Assembly (NCBI GenBank): GCA_008632985.1
Contig: QPGO01000012.1
Coordinates: forward strand, 124,001-188,000
Length of the DNA: 64,000 nucleotides
Direction: 5' to 3'
Source: Psammoneis japonica
Taxonomy: Eukaryota
The translations under genes were made by a program, and so were the position numbers. Positions within the stretch are counted from its first letter, which is position 1, and each line of letters starts with the position of its first letter. A model generated the notes under the pieces. That model saw only the letters and a program-made list of their open reading frames with translations. It made no database searches and was not told the origin of the DNA. Below, piece by piece: positions 1 to 11,246 of this stretch.

Positions 1-1113
1 GTAAGTGCCAGTTTCAGCGGCTCGTGCCGCTGTTGCAAAGCCGCGTTTCAGACTAGTAGCTGTGCTCGCGCTGTTATAAGTACCGCCTGACGCAACAGAA
101 GCCCCATCGTCCGATTTCGTTTTTGATGTTTTTGTCGTGATTGGAACTGCTGCTTCACTGCTAGATGAAAAGCAAAGTGTGGATTTATGAATTCGTACAT
201 ATCTCAGAGACAAGTCGGCCACCGCCGGACGATCCGTTTCACTTGGATTTCTTCTTCGATATCCCAAGTGAAAGCGCACCGCGTTTCGGTATTCGTGTGG
301 CTGATCCTTGAAACGATCTTCCACGAGATGACGCAGTGTGTTTGTCATTTTCTTTCCAAGTCCTCTCAATGGAGCACTCTCAACACTATGTCTGCTTTTT
401 GCCGATCGCTTGGAGTCATTGTCTGTCATTGAAGAAAAAGAAGCTCTCTTAGATAGTTGTCCTCGCAATCCATTAACTGGATCAAGATTGGCATCAAACA
501 CTTGCTGTTTTGACCAAACCTCGGTGTTTCGGGTATCCGCGTCGGATGCTGACGTGGATGATATCGCCGATTCATTGACACTCGGATAACCACTCGTGGA
601 CATGGATACAGCTGTGACAGGATCAATGTCTCCTCCTCGTGAAGCGGGACACGTGAGATGCAATATTTGAAATCCCTCCGCCTCGGCATTACTTGTGGGT
701 GAAGTGACGGATGCATCTGGATTTGTTGTTGTTGTTGCGTCTGAATTGCTGGGAGAAGTCGTGGAGGAGTATCTATTGGAAGGAACTTCTATTGGAGGAG
801 GCACAGCTGATTTTTGCGGGTGAGGTACATGCTTTGAAGATGCAACCGATGCCTGATCGTCCGCGTTTGCTGATGTTTCTGGAGTCGATGCAAAAATGGC
901 AACGTCCACAATTTCACGATAAAATCGTTCCATAAGAGCGGCTTCGTCTTCGACAGCAACGTCTTCTTCATCTTCTTCATTTTCGTCCTTTTCTGGGCTA
1001 TCATTTGCCGGCTGACTCTCATCAACAAGAACATTCTGTTTCTGGGTGTGCTTCCAAATGAGCTCGTCGCCCACTCCCAAGATTGCGAAATAGTCAGCAA
1101 CACCGCCCGTCAT
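1..1113 (-). CDS. N-terminal part of a probable DENN-domain (DENND4-like, MABP-containing) protein, running off the window start
   Basis: Manual translation from ATG at 1113: MTGGVADYFAILGVG... and later RFHLGYRRRNPSESDRPAVADLSL, resembling DENND4-type N-terminal motifs. Absent from the ORF track, apparently because the frame has no stop inside the window. Confidence 0.55.
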   Translation of the reverse strand, partial: MTGGVADYFAILGVGDELIWKHTQKQNVLVDESQPANDSPEKDENEEDEEDVAVEDEAALMERFYREIVDVAIFASTPETSANADDQASVASSKHVPHPQKSAVPPPIEVPSNRYSSTTSPSNSDATTTTNPDASVTSPTSNAEAEGFQILHLTCPASRGGDIDPVTAVSMSTSGYPSVNESAISSTSASDADTRNTEVWSKQQVFDANLDPVNGLRGQLSKRASFSSMTDNDSKRSAKSRHSVESAPLRGLGKKMTNTLRHLVEDRFKDQPHEYRNAVRFHLGYRRRNPSETDRPAVADLSLRYVRIHKSTLCFSSSSEAAVPITTKTSKTKSDDGASVASGGTYNSASTATSLKRGFATAARAAETGTY

Positions 1114-1323
1114 TGTCTAAGTATTGTCGCTTTCAGAAGAAGTGTCGAAACTAAGAATAGCTAGTGATTGTTATTGTCTGCGGTGACGACAAGATGAGTT
1201 CACAATTCACAAACAACGCCATGGCCCAATCTGAATCTGAAATCGAAAATCGAAAAAAGAGGCTCTCCAACCTCCGGGTTCCTACGCATGGTATTTTGCG
1301 CAAGATATCAGATATCCAAGATG

Positions 1324-2008
1324 AACCCGGAGGTGGAGTTCGATCATATATATTTATTAGGCCCTTAAGGTAATCAAATATACAACTTTCCCTCCGACAA
1401 CATTCGTGCTAGGGCCCTAAACTGAAAACGGCACCATGACGCACTTGCTGATGCACGAGTGCCCGTTGCCGCTGACTCATTCGTTGAGAAACGAGAAGGC
1501 AATCATGCATTCTCAAAGAAGACATAAAAAGAGTTGGAAATATCAACACAGAGCAGAAACGATTTGAAATTTCCACGTGTCCCTGTCGTGAATCTCGCCG
1601 CGTGTCGTTTTTTTGGAAGACGAAGTCTTTCGAAGACACAATTTGATTCTCTGTACTACTACTGAAAGGTCACCAGACGGGCTCATAATTTTCTCAATAG
1701 AGAACATTGCATTAGAATTCGATCCAGAGAAAGCAAGCAGTAGCACGTAAAGAATGAAACTCAACCTTGCGGCAGCAGCAGCAGCAGCGACGGCAGCAAT
1801 TCTCCCGTCCACCACTCTTGGTTACACTCCGGGCGGTGTCTATAGCTTTCGTCGCCCACCTTCTTGCTCCCCTTCTTCGGTTCGTAAGCAACGACAAATG
1901 GTGGATCGTGCGTTCAACGAACTAGCGTCCGAATTTGGTGGTGGCTGTTCTCCTCCTCCAAGAATGTCTTCGGAACAAGTCCGTCGGCAGCAGCAAGAGT
2001 GGGTGTAG
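1324..2008 (+). pseudogene. Truncated duplicate of the sHSP20 gene (upstream region plus N-terminal ~84 codons)
   Basis: Aligns by eye with 9870-10535; stops at QQQEWV* before the alpha-crystallin domain. Confidence 0.85.
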
Positions 2009-2050
2009 CGTCATAGAAATTCCCAGTGAAGGACGTTTCAAACTTAGGGC

Positions 2051-2579
2051 CTAAACCCTCTTGATATGGGCGACTTTACGGGGATGACGTTGGAAGAAAT
2101 CCGCGAGCGCTTTCCAGACTGGTATGAACAACTCCGGCGTGAACCGGTCGTTCGATGCTAACTGTTTGCGGCTGTTGTTCGTTTCACAAGTTCCCCGGTG
2201 GAGAGAGCTACGGTGACCTCATCAATCGTTTGGAGTCTGTTGTGATTGGAGCAGCAGTGCGGCTTGGGCATTGTCGTATCGCATGTCAGTGCGTTGCAGG
2301 TACTTATTTCTTACTTTCGGTCTACCCCCGTTGAAAATTGTACCGGAATTGAAGTTCCAATGCACACGGTGCTCAAATTAGTTCCGCTTCGAGGGGCGGG
2401 TGGATGGAGTCACATCATCCGCTTTTGCCGGAAGAGGAAGTACTGTACGCGCTGATGGTGTTGAAGGTGCCCTTGAAACGCCGCCCTCCCTCAGAGAGCC
2501 GATTTGGGATGACAGTCATTCTTGCATGCTGCAGAAGCTAGCAATTCCTGACATGCCATCTAAGAGAAGTTCTGTTTGA
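2051..2579 (+). pseudogene. 3' fragment of a histidine-phosphatase gene (fructose-2,6-bisphosphatase/PGM-like)
   Basis: Translates LNPLDMGDFTGMTLEEIRERFPDWYEQLRREP...FPGGESYGDLINRLESVVI / EQQ...VVSHVSALQVLISYF; frameshifted and lacks a 5' part. Confidence 0.7.
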
Positions 2580-2850
2580 TGAACATTGCTCAACTAAAGC
2601 AAGTGCATCGCCAGTTACATGAGTAGGATAGATTAAATCTTAATCCATTCATTTAACCAAATAGAATTGTTGGTGAGTACATCACCAAGCGGATACCCCA
2701 ATGTCTCAGATTGTCTGGTAAGGAGCTTTCATTCCTGAGCCATGGTATCTTCCGTGTTCCAACCGCAGCCTCGGCGACGAGAAGCTGCAGATTCCTAAAC
2801 ATACGAGTAGAGACGAAAGTATTTGTAGTTTGTGTACTTATTACTTTCCA

Positions 2851-3303
2851 CTAGACCGTCTCCACCACTTTCTCCGTGGGAACAGCTTTATAGTCACCTT
2901 TTGTTACCACCATTTGTATGTCTTCTTCGTCTTCGTCTTGTCCATCAATCACAACGGCCGTGGCATGAACGGGTGGAACATCTGCCGCCTCACAGAGCAT
3001 CAGCCAGCGCATGCCCACCATCAAGGCGATGAAGGGATAAATATACAAATTGGTCATGTCGCCACAGGCGCAGTAGGGGGGGCACTGTGGAACAATGACA
3101 ATAATCGCCACGGCAATGATAACCTTGATAGTCCCTAGACATCCGTAGAATCGCTTGCAAAAGACTGGGTCTTGAAGGCGTTGCCGTAAACAAAGGCGGC
3201 GGGATAGACTTACCCCCACCGTCAAGGCAAGGGAAAGGGAGACGCTGGCACTGTAGACAGACATTGCGTCATCCATCTTGCTTTGGCAAGATGTGCTGAA
3301 CAT
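2851..3303 (-). CDS. Small hypothetical membrane protein (2-3 hydrophobic segments, acidic tail)
   Basis: 150 aa ORF with normal TA content and hydrophobic stretches. Confidence 0.45.
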   Translation of the reverse strand: MFSTSCQSKMDDAMSVYSASVSLSLALTVGVSLSRRLCLRQRLQDPVFCKRFYGCLGTIKVIIAVAIIVIVPQCPPYCACGDMTNLYIYPFIALMVGMRWLMLCEAADVPPVHATAVVIDGQDEDEEDIQMVVTKGDYKAVPTEKVVETV

Positions 3304-3611
3304 GATTTATTCAAACTGTTAAGCTGTGCTTGTTCCCACAATCACGCTCTGAAAAGAGGCAAATCAGCTGCAACTCCTGAGTGGCAGCTGGCAAGATTAA
3401 TGAGAAGAAAATCCAGCAAGCTCATAAAAAGGAGCTCGGAAGCTTTTTTTTCGCTGCTTGTTCACCGCGGGCGCGCGGCTTCATCGGAAAACGTCTATCG
3501 TACGTACAAATAATACGATAACCCATTTACTCTACAATCTTCAGTGTCTAAACACGACTCTCATGAATCGCGGATGCTTCCGCGAAACATGAACAATCTG
3601 GAGTGTCTAAA

Positions 3612-3812
3612 CACGATACTTAACGACCCCTGAATCACGGATGATTCTGCTAAACAGAGTTCGCGGAAGCGCATGTTGCAACTTTTGTGAGTGCACTTGC
3701 CGACATCCTACACACGACACTCAATGACCCCTGAATCACGGATGATTCTGCTGAACAGAGTTTGCGGAAGCACATGTTGTAACTTTTGTGAGTGCACTTG
3801 CCGACATCCCAC
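3612..3812. repeat. Two-copy ~100 bp tandem repeat
   Basis: acacgatacttaacgacccctgaatcacgg...gccgacatccta vs acacgacactcaatgacccctgaatcacgg...gccgacatccca. Confidence 0.9.
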
Positions 3813-3941
3813 ATCACAGTCGAGAGCACAGGGCAAGTTGCGGCTCACATTCTTTTGACAATCATGGCACTCATAATTCACAGCTCCAAAAATGACATTG
3901 CTCACGGCTGCTGCTTCTGCTCCATGACAGATGCGCTCTGT

Positions 3942-6900
3942 TGTTGAACAGATGAGTCAATGGTGGCAAAGGGGAATCTTGCAAAGCTTCCTCCGCTCTC
4001 GCTGCACTCGCCCTGGCTGCTTGTGCAGCTGTGGTTTGCCCACGAAGGTTGTTTGACACAAACTCCAGTTGCTTTAACAGACAGTTGTTGCAGATGCTTC
4101 TCAGTGCCATTGCCAACAGTTGATGCACCAGATGATTCACTCCAAAGAGTGAGAGCGTTGTTGCGAGAACGGAGAGATCGACAACAAGACAGGTGCAGTC
4201 ATCGAATCTTCCACGTCAGGAGCAAAACATCTTTCTTCTTCAAATCATTCATTTTGGGTCCTTTGGTCCCCGTGTTTCACTTGTTCCAACACACTCCTGC
4301 CGCTCTCACCAATTTTGCATGATTGATCTTCAGCCACGACGCATGTGAGAGCAGGTCCTCATGGAATGACATTCGCGTCAGTTCCATTGGGGACACTTGT
4401 GCTCTCCACACTTGCATCAAACATGTTTGCGCACCACCAACTCATTTGGTCTTCACTCATGAAGTCAAGCATGCCATTGGATGTGTTGGCAATGCCTTGA
4501 ACACACTCCACAAATTTCTCAACATGTCCGCGTCCAATTCTCTCGAGAGTGGGATCTCGCTGATTTCCTGACCTTGTTCACTGTAATTTGTCAATCTCTT
4601 CCTGATCTAACTGTGGACATCAGGTGGTTCCAGCACATGAAAACACATCCTGTGTGCTGGCCATGCTTGGCCTCATCGATCACTTCCCAGTTCATTTCTT
4701 GTCTGAAGAATTGTGCCAACTTGAGTGTGTCAAACATGATTCCGTTTCTGTCCATGACCAGGGAGCATGGATCACAGTTGTCTTCACTGTGGTCACCACT
4801 GGGGTGCATGAAGGGTCCACATGCCAGATTCATGCTCAGACCATGCAAAGGCAGGCCTTTCGATGATGATCTGTCCAGCTGATCAAAGTCCTCTTGATCA
4901 AGTGCCAGCTCATTGTCGTTCTGCACTTTGGGTTTTCTCAACCAGTGAGCACGCATGCAATCAAATGTTTCAATTCTGCTGGCAACACAGTTCCAGCCAG
5001 CAAACTTGTGCAGTGTGCGCTGCACTGCTCTTCCACCGCATCTCTTGCAACTTTGTTTGCATGTCGTCATGTGTCGAGAACATTGGTGTTGCAGCAGACA
5101 CACAGTCTCGCGTGCTTGAGGACCATTGCTTGTGTGGTTCGCATGCTGATTCCATCAGCTCACATTGATGCTTCCATGATCTCATCCATGCCTCTCTGCA
5201 ATCCACGCTTCTCATTTCCTTGTGCAACTGCACATGATCCAACACATCCCAAGTCAACATCGGATCCATCGGAAGCACACCAGGTTCATGTTCCCTTCTG
5301 GTCCATGCACACCACAGTCCAGGTTTCTTGCCTTGCTAAATGCATGGTCAGCGTGACAGTGTGGCGTTGCATCTCATTGCCCTCCCCACAGTTCTGGCTC
5401 AAGTCACCATCCCTGATGAAATTGTCCTTTTCTTCATCAGTGATCTTGCAGACCCGCACCACCTCAAGGAAGCACCTTGATGGCCACTGGCTCACCATGA
5501 CTGAGTTCAAATTAATCTGATTGCACTTGGTTGGGTTCGACTCATCAAAAAGGTGTTCAACACCGGCGGCTCCGTCACCATCCATTGCTGTTTGTTGTGT
5601 GCTTGATGCACTTGCATCGCTTTCGGTGAAGATCACACAATCGTCATTCTCTAGGTTGCAGGGTTCTCTCACCCACATGCATCAGAATTCTCATCTGATG
5701 TCACAAATGCAGGAGGTCTGTCCTGCTGTCATTGGGACTTGGCAACCCATGATGGCTTGTTTAAATTTTTGACACTTCTCACCTTGCAAAGGCTCAGTCA
5801 TAAAATCCCCAATCACAGCATTGGCAGGGCAGCACTCTGCAGTTATGTTGCCCTTCTTGGCTTGGTCACATGCAAAGAAGCATCATGTGTTGAGTGCTCT
5901 TGAATGTTTGCCCGTGCTCCGATGACCATTTGTCTCCAACAAGATTGCACTCTTGTTGTCCTGACACAGGATGTTCTTGTCGATGGGGCATCCTTGGTGC
6001 TCCAAATGCAGCTTGGTCCAAAGGATCATGGTTGTTGCATTGTTGACGCCGACCAGTTCAGCTTCCATGTTGCTTCTGGTGTTGAGCTTCTGTCTCTTTG
6101 ACATGGCTTGAACAGCTCCTTTGCCCATTGTCATTGCTGCTCCGGCGTGGCTCTTGAAATCTGGGTGTGCCACCACAAACGATGCACCCATGCACCACTT
6201 TATAACTTGAAGATCTTTGGCAGTCAGTGTTGCCACTTCATCTCTTGTCTGATTCAGATGCTTGAGACAACAGACTGGCTTCAGCCAATCTTTGTCAGTT
6301 GGTTCTCTGGGTCTTGTGCACAGTGCAGACATTGCAGGGTGCACATCCATGCGGCCTCTCTTGGATGCAAATGGTCCTTTGGCCACCCATGTGTGGAACA
6401 TCTGAGCTTTCTCCTTTGGCAGTCTTGTTCCACCCACTTTGAACAGATTCTCTCCTGCTGGAGTCATTGCAAAATCTGCACTCTCAATCTTTTCTGGGAA
6501 ATTGTCAATCATCAATCCAATGCATTTCCTCATGTCAATCTTCAGCTTTCCTTTGTTGCTGAAGTCCAGGATCATTCCAAGGCAATCATGCTTTAAACCT
6601 CTTGTTGCCATGACCTTGCCATGACTCCTGTGCTTTTTGTTCAACCACTTGAGAAACTTGTTGTTGACCTCAGGGTTGATGTGGCTTTACAAAAGGTCAT
6701 CCACATGAAATTGCACTGTGTGCTGCTTTCCGTCAATGGTTTGGTTTGCAATGCATGGGTCATGTGGGTTGAACTCGAACCCAACCCTCTCCAAGTCCTT
6801 GCGGAACTTCTTGTGCCACAGCAGAGCTGCAACTGACATGCTGCAAATGGCTCTGATGACTTGGACATGAAGGACTCTCTTTCCTTTTTCTAGGACCACA

Positions 6901-8852
6901 TGTGGTCCATGCAGGTTTGGATCAATGTTCACTGACATGTCACAAGCAACCCTGCAATCTTCATCATTGTCCGGTCTTTGCCTTCCTTCGGCTCCGGAAC
7001 TTTGGTCTGCATGAATGCATTTGGGATGTCCGTGCTCATCACATCACATGCTTCATCTGCATCTGTTGCCACAGTCATCAGGATTCCCTCCAATGATGCT
7101 GTGGGACTGGCTGACTCATCCTTGTCCAGCAAACTCTCTTGGTGGTTTTTGGTTGCACACCATTCTTCCTTTGATTCGACCATCTCTCTTCTCCGTTGGG
7201 AACATCAAGGTTGTCATTGCCTTTGCCCTTTCATTCTGAGTCATGTCTTTGACTGAAACTGGTGCAAAACACACTCTGTCGTGCAGCTGCTTCATTTCTT
7301 TCTCTGAGGCATCATGCCCTCTCTGGCCAAGTGCCTTGAGGCCCTCATGCAGCAGGTGCTGTTGAGCCAATGAGATTTCTTTTCCTGCTCATGGTTGGTC
7401 ATTGCATTTGCACATGAAAAATGCTGTCACCAACCCTGCTTTGCAGTTGTGTTCCACATCGTCCCCTGGATTGGGGCTTGCATTTGTTCGTAAATGGTGG
7501 CAGTGCCTGAGCTTCTTCAGCTCTTTCTTTTCTTGTTCCATTGCTGCCACTCCAGCAAAGTGAACTTTCTCAGTTCTCATGTCTTCATTCTTGGATTCTT
7601 TGTCCTGTGATGTTGTGTTGTAACTTCACCCTGATCTGGTCATTTGACCTTCTATTTCCATCGCTTCTTTCATTTCTTCTGCAATTTCTTTCATTTCTTG
7701 TCCAACATTGCATCTCCCAGGCCTTCTCTGGTTGTGTCACATTGATTCTTGAACCTCGCCAGACAGTCATCAAGTGACTCATGTTCTTGCTGTCTGACTT
7801 CAAGTGTGTTCTTCATTGCTCTTGTCAACATGTGAAATGGGTGACGACCTCTCCTTGAGTTGCATGTCAGGGATTGAATCAGCTTCAGCAGCTCAATCGG
7901 ATTGTCCCTCATGCCCTCAAAACTTGGGTCAGCCTTGACCCTCTGTCTCATCTGCCTTGTGCAGCAATCATCAAGAATCAATGCAAATGCCTTGCTCTTG
8001 TTCTCATTTAACTCTTCAATCTTTGAGCAGTGATCTGACAATTCCACCCTGCATGCACATTCAAATTCTTTGTCTTCTCATTCCTTCTTGGCATTGTTTC
8101 CCATTGAGACTTGTGGTTTTGGTGTCTCAGCTGCAAAGTCCTTGCATTTCATGTCTTCCAGTGATCGTGCTGGGTGCACTCCTTGATTGCATTCCTTCTG
8201 AATGTGATGCACAACCCTCACCTTGACTTCTTCAAATGCAGCATTGTGAGAGTTGCCACTCATTGATGAAGGATGGAACTTCATCTCATGTTTGTGGTTC
8301 CTGTTGCTGTGCACCTTCTTTCTTGAATTGGAAGACTTGCAACTCTTGTTGCCGTTGTCTCAACCATCACATCGGTTTTCATCCTTCTTGTTTGGATTGT
8401 CATTGGATCCTCTGCCACTCATTGTGCAGGCTGCCAAATGTCTTGTTGACTGTGGACTTGCAATGAGCTTTCATAAATTCGCTTGTGACTCTTTAGAGTG
8501 AATGTTGAACCAACGAGTTAATGGCAGCAAACGGGAATCTTGTGAAGCTTCCTCCGCTCTCATTGTGCTTGCCCTGGCTGCTTGTGTGGCCATGGTTTGC
8601 CTGTGAAGGTTGTTTGACACAAACTTCGATTGCGTTGACAGACAGTTGTTGTGGATGCTTCTCAGCACCATTGCCAATGGTTGACACACCAGATGATTCA
8701 CTCTAAAGAGTGAGAACATTGTTGCAAGAACGGAGAGATTGATGACGAGATGGGTGCAGTCATTGAATCTTCCACATCAGGAGCAAAACATCTTTCTTCT
8801 TCAAATCATTCATTCTGGGTCCTTTAATCCCCATGTTTCACTTGTTCCAACA
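3942..8852 (-). mobile_element. Ty1/Copia (CoDi-like) LTR retrotransposon 1, decayed; gag and RT-RNaseH remnants, protease/integrase apparently deleted
   Basis: 350 bp LTRs TGTTGAAC...TTCCAACA at 3942-4291 and 8503-8852; 5 bp TSD TCTGT; RT/RNH motifs (TDIPNAFMQT, FHVDDL, SKRQKLNTRSNMEAELVG, QDNKSAILLE). Confidence 0.93.
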
Positions 8853-10305
8853 TCTGTTGCAAAAAACAGGGGGCCAATCATGAAGGTTGCCAAGGCCACA
8901 AGGCTTCTTGTTGCCACCTGTCCATCCACATTGCAAGGTGCATGGATGGACACAGGAGATTGAAGGGCATTTTCCTCAAAGGACTCAGAACAAACATTTC
9001 TTGAGCAACATGCATGCATCAGCTGCAGAGGCTGCCCAGACATTGTTGGGAGCAGAGAGGCCACTCATGCAAGGAGAACAATGGCAGTGCTGCATGGTTT
9101 GGAAGCACATCAAAGTCATCCAGAATCCAAGGCTGGCAATGATGGCAGATCCACAGCATCAGGTAAAAGTCAATTGAGATGTCAATTTGTTGATTGACCT
9201 CACAAATGAGCTCCAGCAGCATGCCCTTGCGCAACTGGCATGAGTTTTTTGTGCAGTCGCATGCTCAAAAAAAGTGAGAAAGAGTTGGTGATGCAGTGTT
9301 GGCCCGAGTCCACACTGGCAAAAGATGGCATTGAGTGCCTGGAGGGTGGACATGAGACTGCAGGATGTCTGGCTTGGTGACTGCAGAGGACATGTCAGCA
9401 TCCAGTCAAATGCCACTCATTGGATGTTCCCAGAAAGCCACGGCTTGTCTGCTGCAAGAAGGCCAACTTCACATCAAAAGTCGGTGGCCATTTTAACCCA
9501 ACAACAGGGCACAGGCTGAAAAGTGGCATTTGAAGCATTGCATGCTCAGCTCTTGAAACAGCACAACAGCCCTGATGAGGGGCTGATGGATGCGCAAGTG
9601 TTTGTGAGGGGTGCTCCGATGCACACGTCAAAGCGATGCATCAAAGCACGTCACACAGGGGAGGCACGAGGAGCTGCCCTGCCAAGTTGGAGCTCCCTGC
9701 CATCAGAGCAATTGGAGATTGGAGGGTTTTGGCACCCATGGACACATGACAGAGACAAATGCTGCATTGTTGCTGAGGATGAGGACATTGTAACATGGGA
9801 GGACTGTTGTTTGCTCGCGAGTCACGGATGCACACTGTTGCGTTCGTGCTGGCCCTGCAAAATTCATGTTAACCCGGAGGTAAACTTTGATTATTAATCT
9901 TTATTCGACACTGTAGGTAATCAAATATACAACATTCCCTCCGACAACCCTGCAATAAAAACTGGCAACAGCACCATGCACCATGACGCATTTACTTACT
10001 GGTTTTACGAGTGCCCGTCGCCGCTGACTCATTCGTTGAGAAACGAGAATGCAATCATGCATTCTCGTAGAAGACATCAAAAGAGTTGGAAAGATCAACA
10101 ACGAGCAGAAACGATTTGAAATTTCCACGTGTCCCAGTCGTGAATCTCGCCGCGTGTCGTTTTTTGGAAAACGAAGTCTTTCGAAGATACAATTTGATTC
10201 TCTGTACTATACACTGAAAGGTCACCAGATGGTCTCATAATTTTCTCAACAGAGAAAACTGCATCAGAATTCGAGCAAGAGAAAACACGTAGAAGCACGT
10301 AAAGA

Positions 10306-11124
10306 ATGAAACTCAACCTTGCGGCAGCAGCAGCGACGGCAGCGATTCTCCCGTCCACCACTCTTGGTTACACCCCGGGCGGTTTCTATAGCTTTCGTCG
10401 CCCGTCCTCGGCACGTAGACAACGACAAATGGTGGATCGTGCGTTCAACGAACTGGCGTCTGAATTTGGTGGTGGCTGTTCTCCTCCTCCAAGAATGTCT
10501 CCGGAACAAGCCCGTCGGCAGCAACAAGAGTGGGTGAATCGGGCGTTTGGCCTTGCGTCTGAAGTGGCATCGGAACTATCGTCGCCTCGACAGGTCAAAG
10601 AGAACAACGAAGCACTTCGACAGCAGCAGGAATGGACCAATCGTGCTCTTGACATTGTGAATGACGTTGCTTCTGGCTTTTCGTCTCCGCGGTACAACAT
10701 CAAAGATGATAAGGACAAGTTTCAGGTAGAGCTCGATGTCCCGGGTGTCAAGGCTTCTGCCATTGATATTCGTGTTGAAGATGATGGACGTGTCCTTACG
10801 ATTAAGGGAGAACGTGAGGTTGGACTGGACGATAGTATCTCGCGCACCGCAAAGTTCTCCAAGACCTTTTCGCTAGACCCAACCACGGATACCGACCAAA
10901 TCACTGCCAAGCTCACCAATGGTGTTCTTTGTGTTTCGGCTCCAAAGAATCAGGTCGAAGAAAAGTTCAAAAAGATTCCTGTGATGCAGACGGATGAGCA
11001 AGACATTGACGTCGGAGGTGACAAGGAGAAAACAGATGAGGTTGTGATGAAGAGCGACGAACCAGCAGACACTGCTCCCGACAACCGTGATGGTAGTTCC
11101 CCAGACGAAGAGGATTCCGATTAG
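10306..11124 (+). CDS. Small heat-shock protein (HSP20/alpha-crystallin domain) with N-terminal signal-like peptide
   Basis: PRYNIKDDKDKFQVELDVPGVK...VLTIKGER...FSKTFSL...ITAKLTNGVLCVSAPK. Confidence 0.92.
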   Translation: MKLNLAAAAATAAILPSTTLGYTPGGFYSFRRPSSARRQRQMVDRAFNELASEFGGGCSPPPRMSPEQARRQQQEWVNRAFGLASEVASELSSPRQVKENNEALRQQQEWTNRALDIVNDVASGFSSPRYNIKDDKDKFQVELDVPGVKASAIDIRVEDDGRVLTIKGEREVGLDDSISRTAKFSKTFSLDPTTDTDQITAKLTNGVLCVSAPKNQVEEKFKKIPVMQTDEQDIDVGGDKEKTDEVVMKSDEPADTAPDNRDGSSPDEEDSD

Positions 11125-11246
11125 ATAATTGACATAAGCTCGAAAATCTGCTTTAGTACCTATGAGTGTCTCGTTTTGGAGTGTGCTCAAAAGCCTTCAA
11201 AGAAAACACGGTTGTTGTTTCAAAATCGAAACCTATTGGGAATCTT

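Larger units (their letters stand above)
3540..9860. mobile_element. Unclassified TA-depleted element relic (3540-3941 and 8858-9860) into which Copia element 1 inserted
   Basis: Terminal short repeats and a ~100 bp tandem repeat at 3612-3812; TA/CG depletion continues on both sides of the Copia TSD. Confidence 0.5.
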
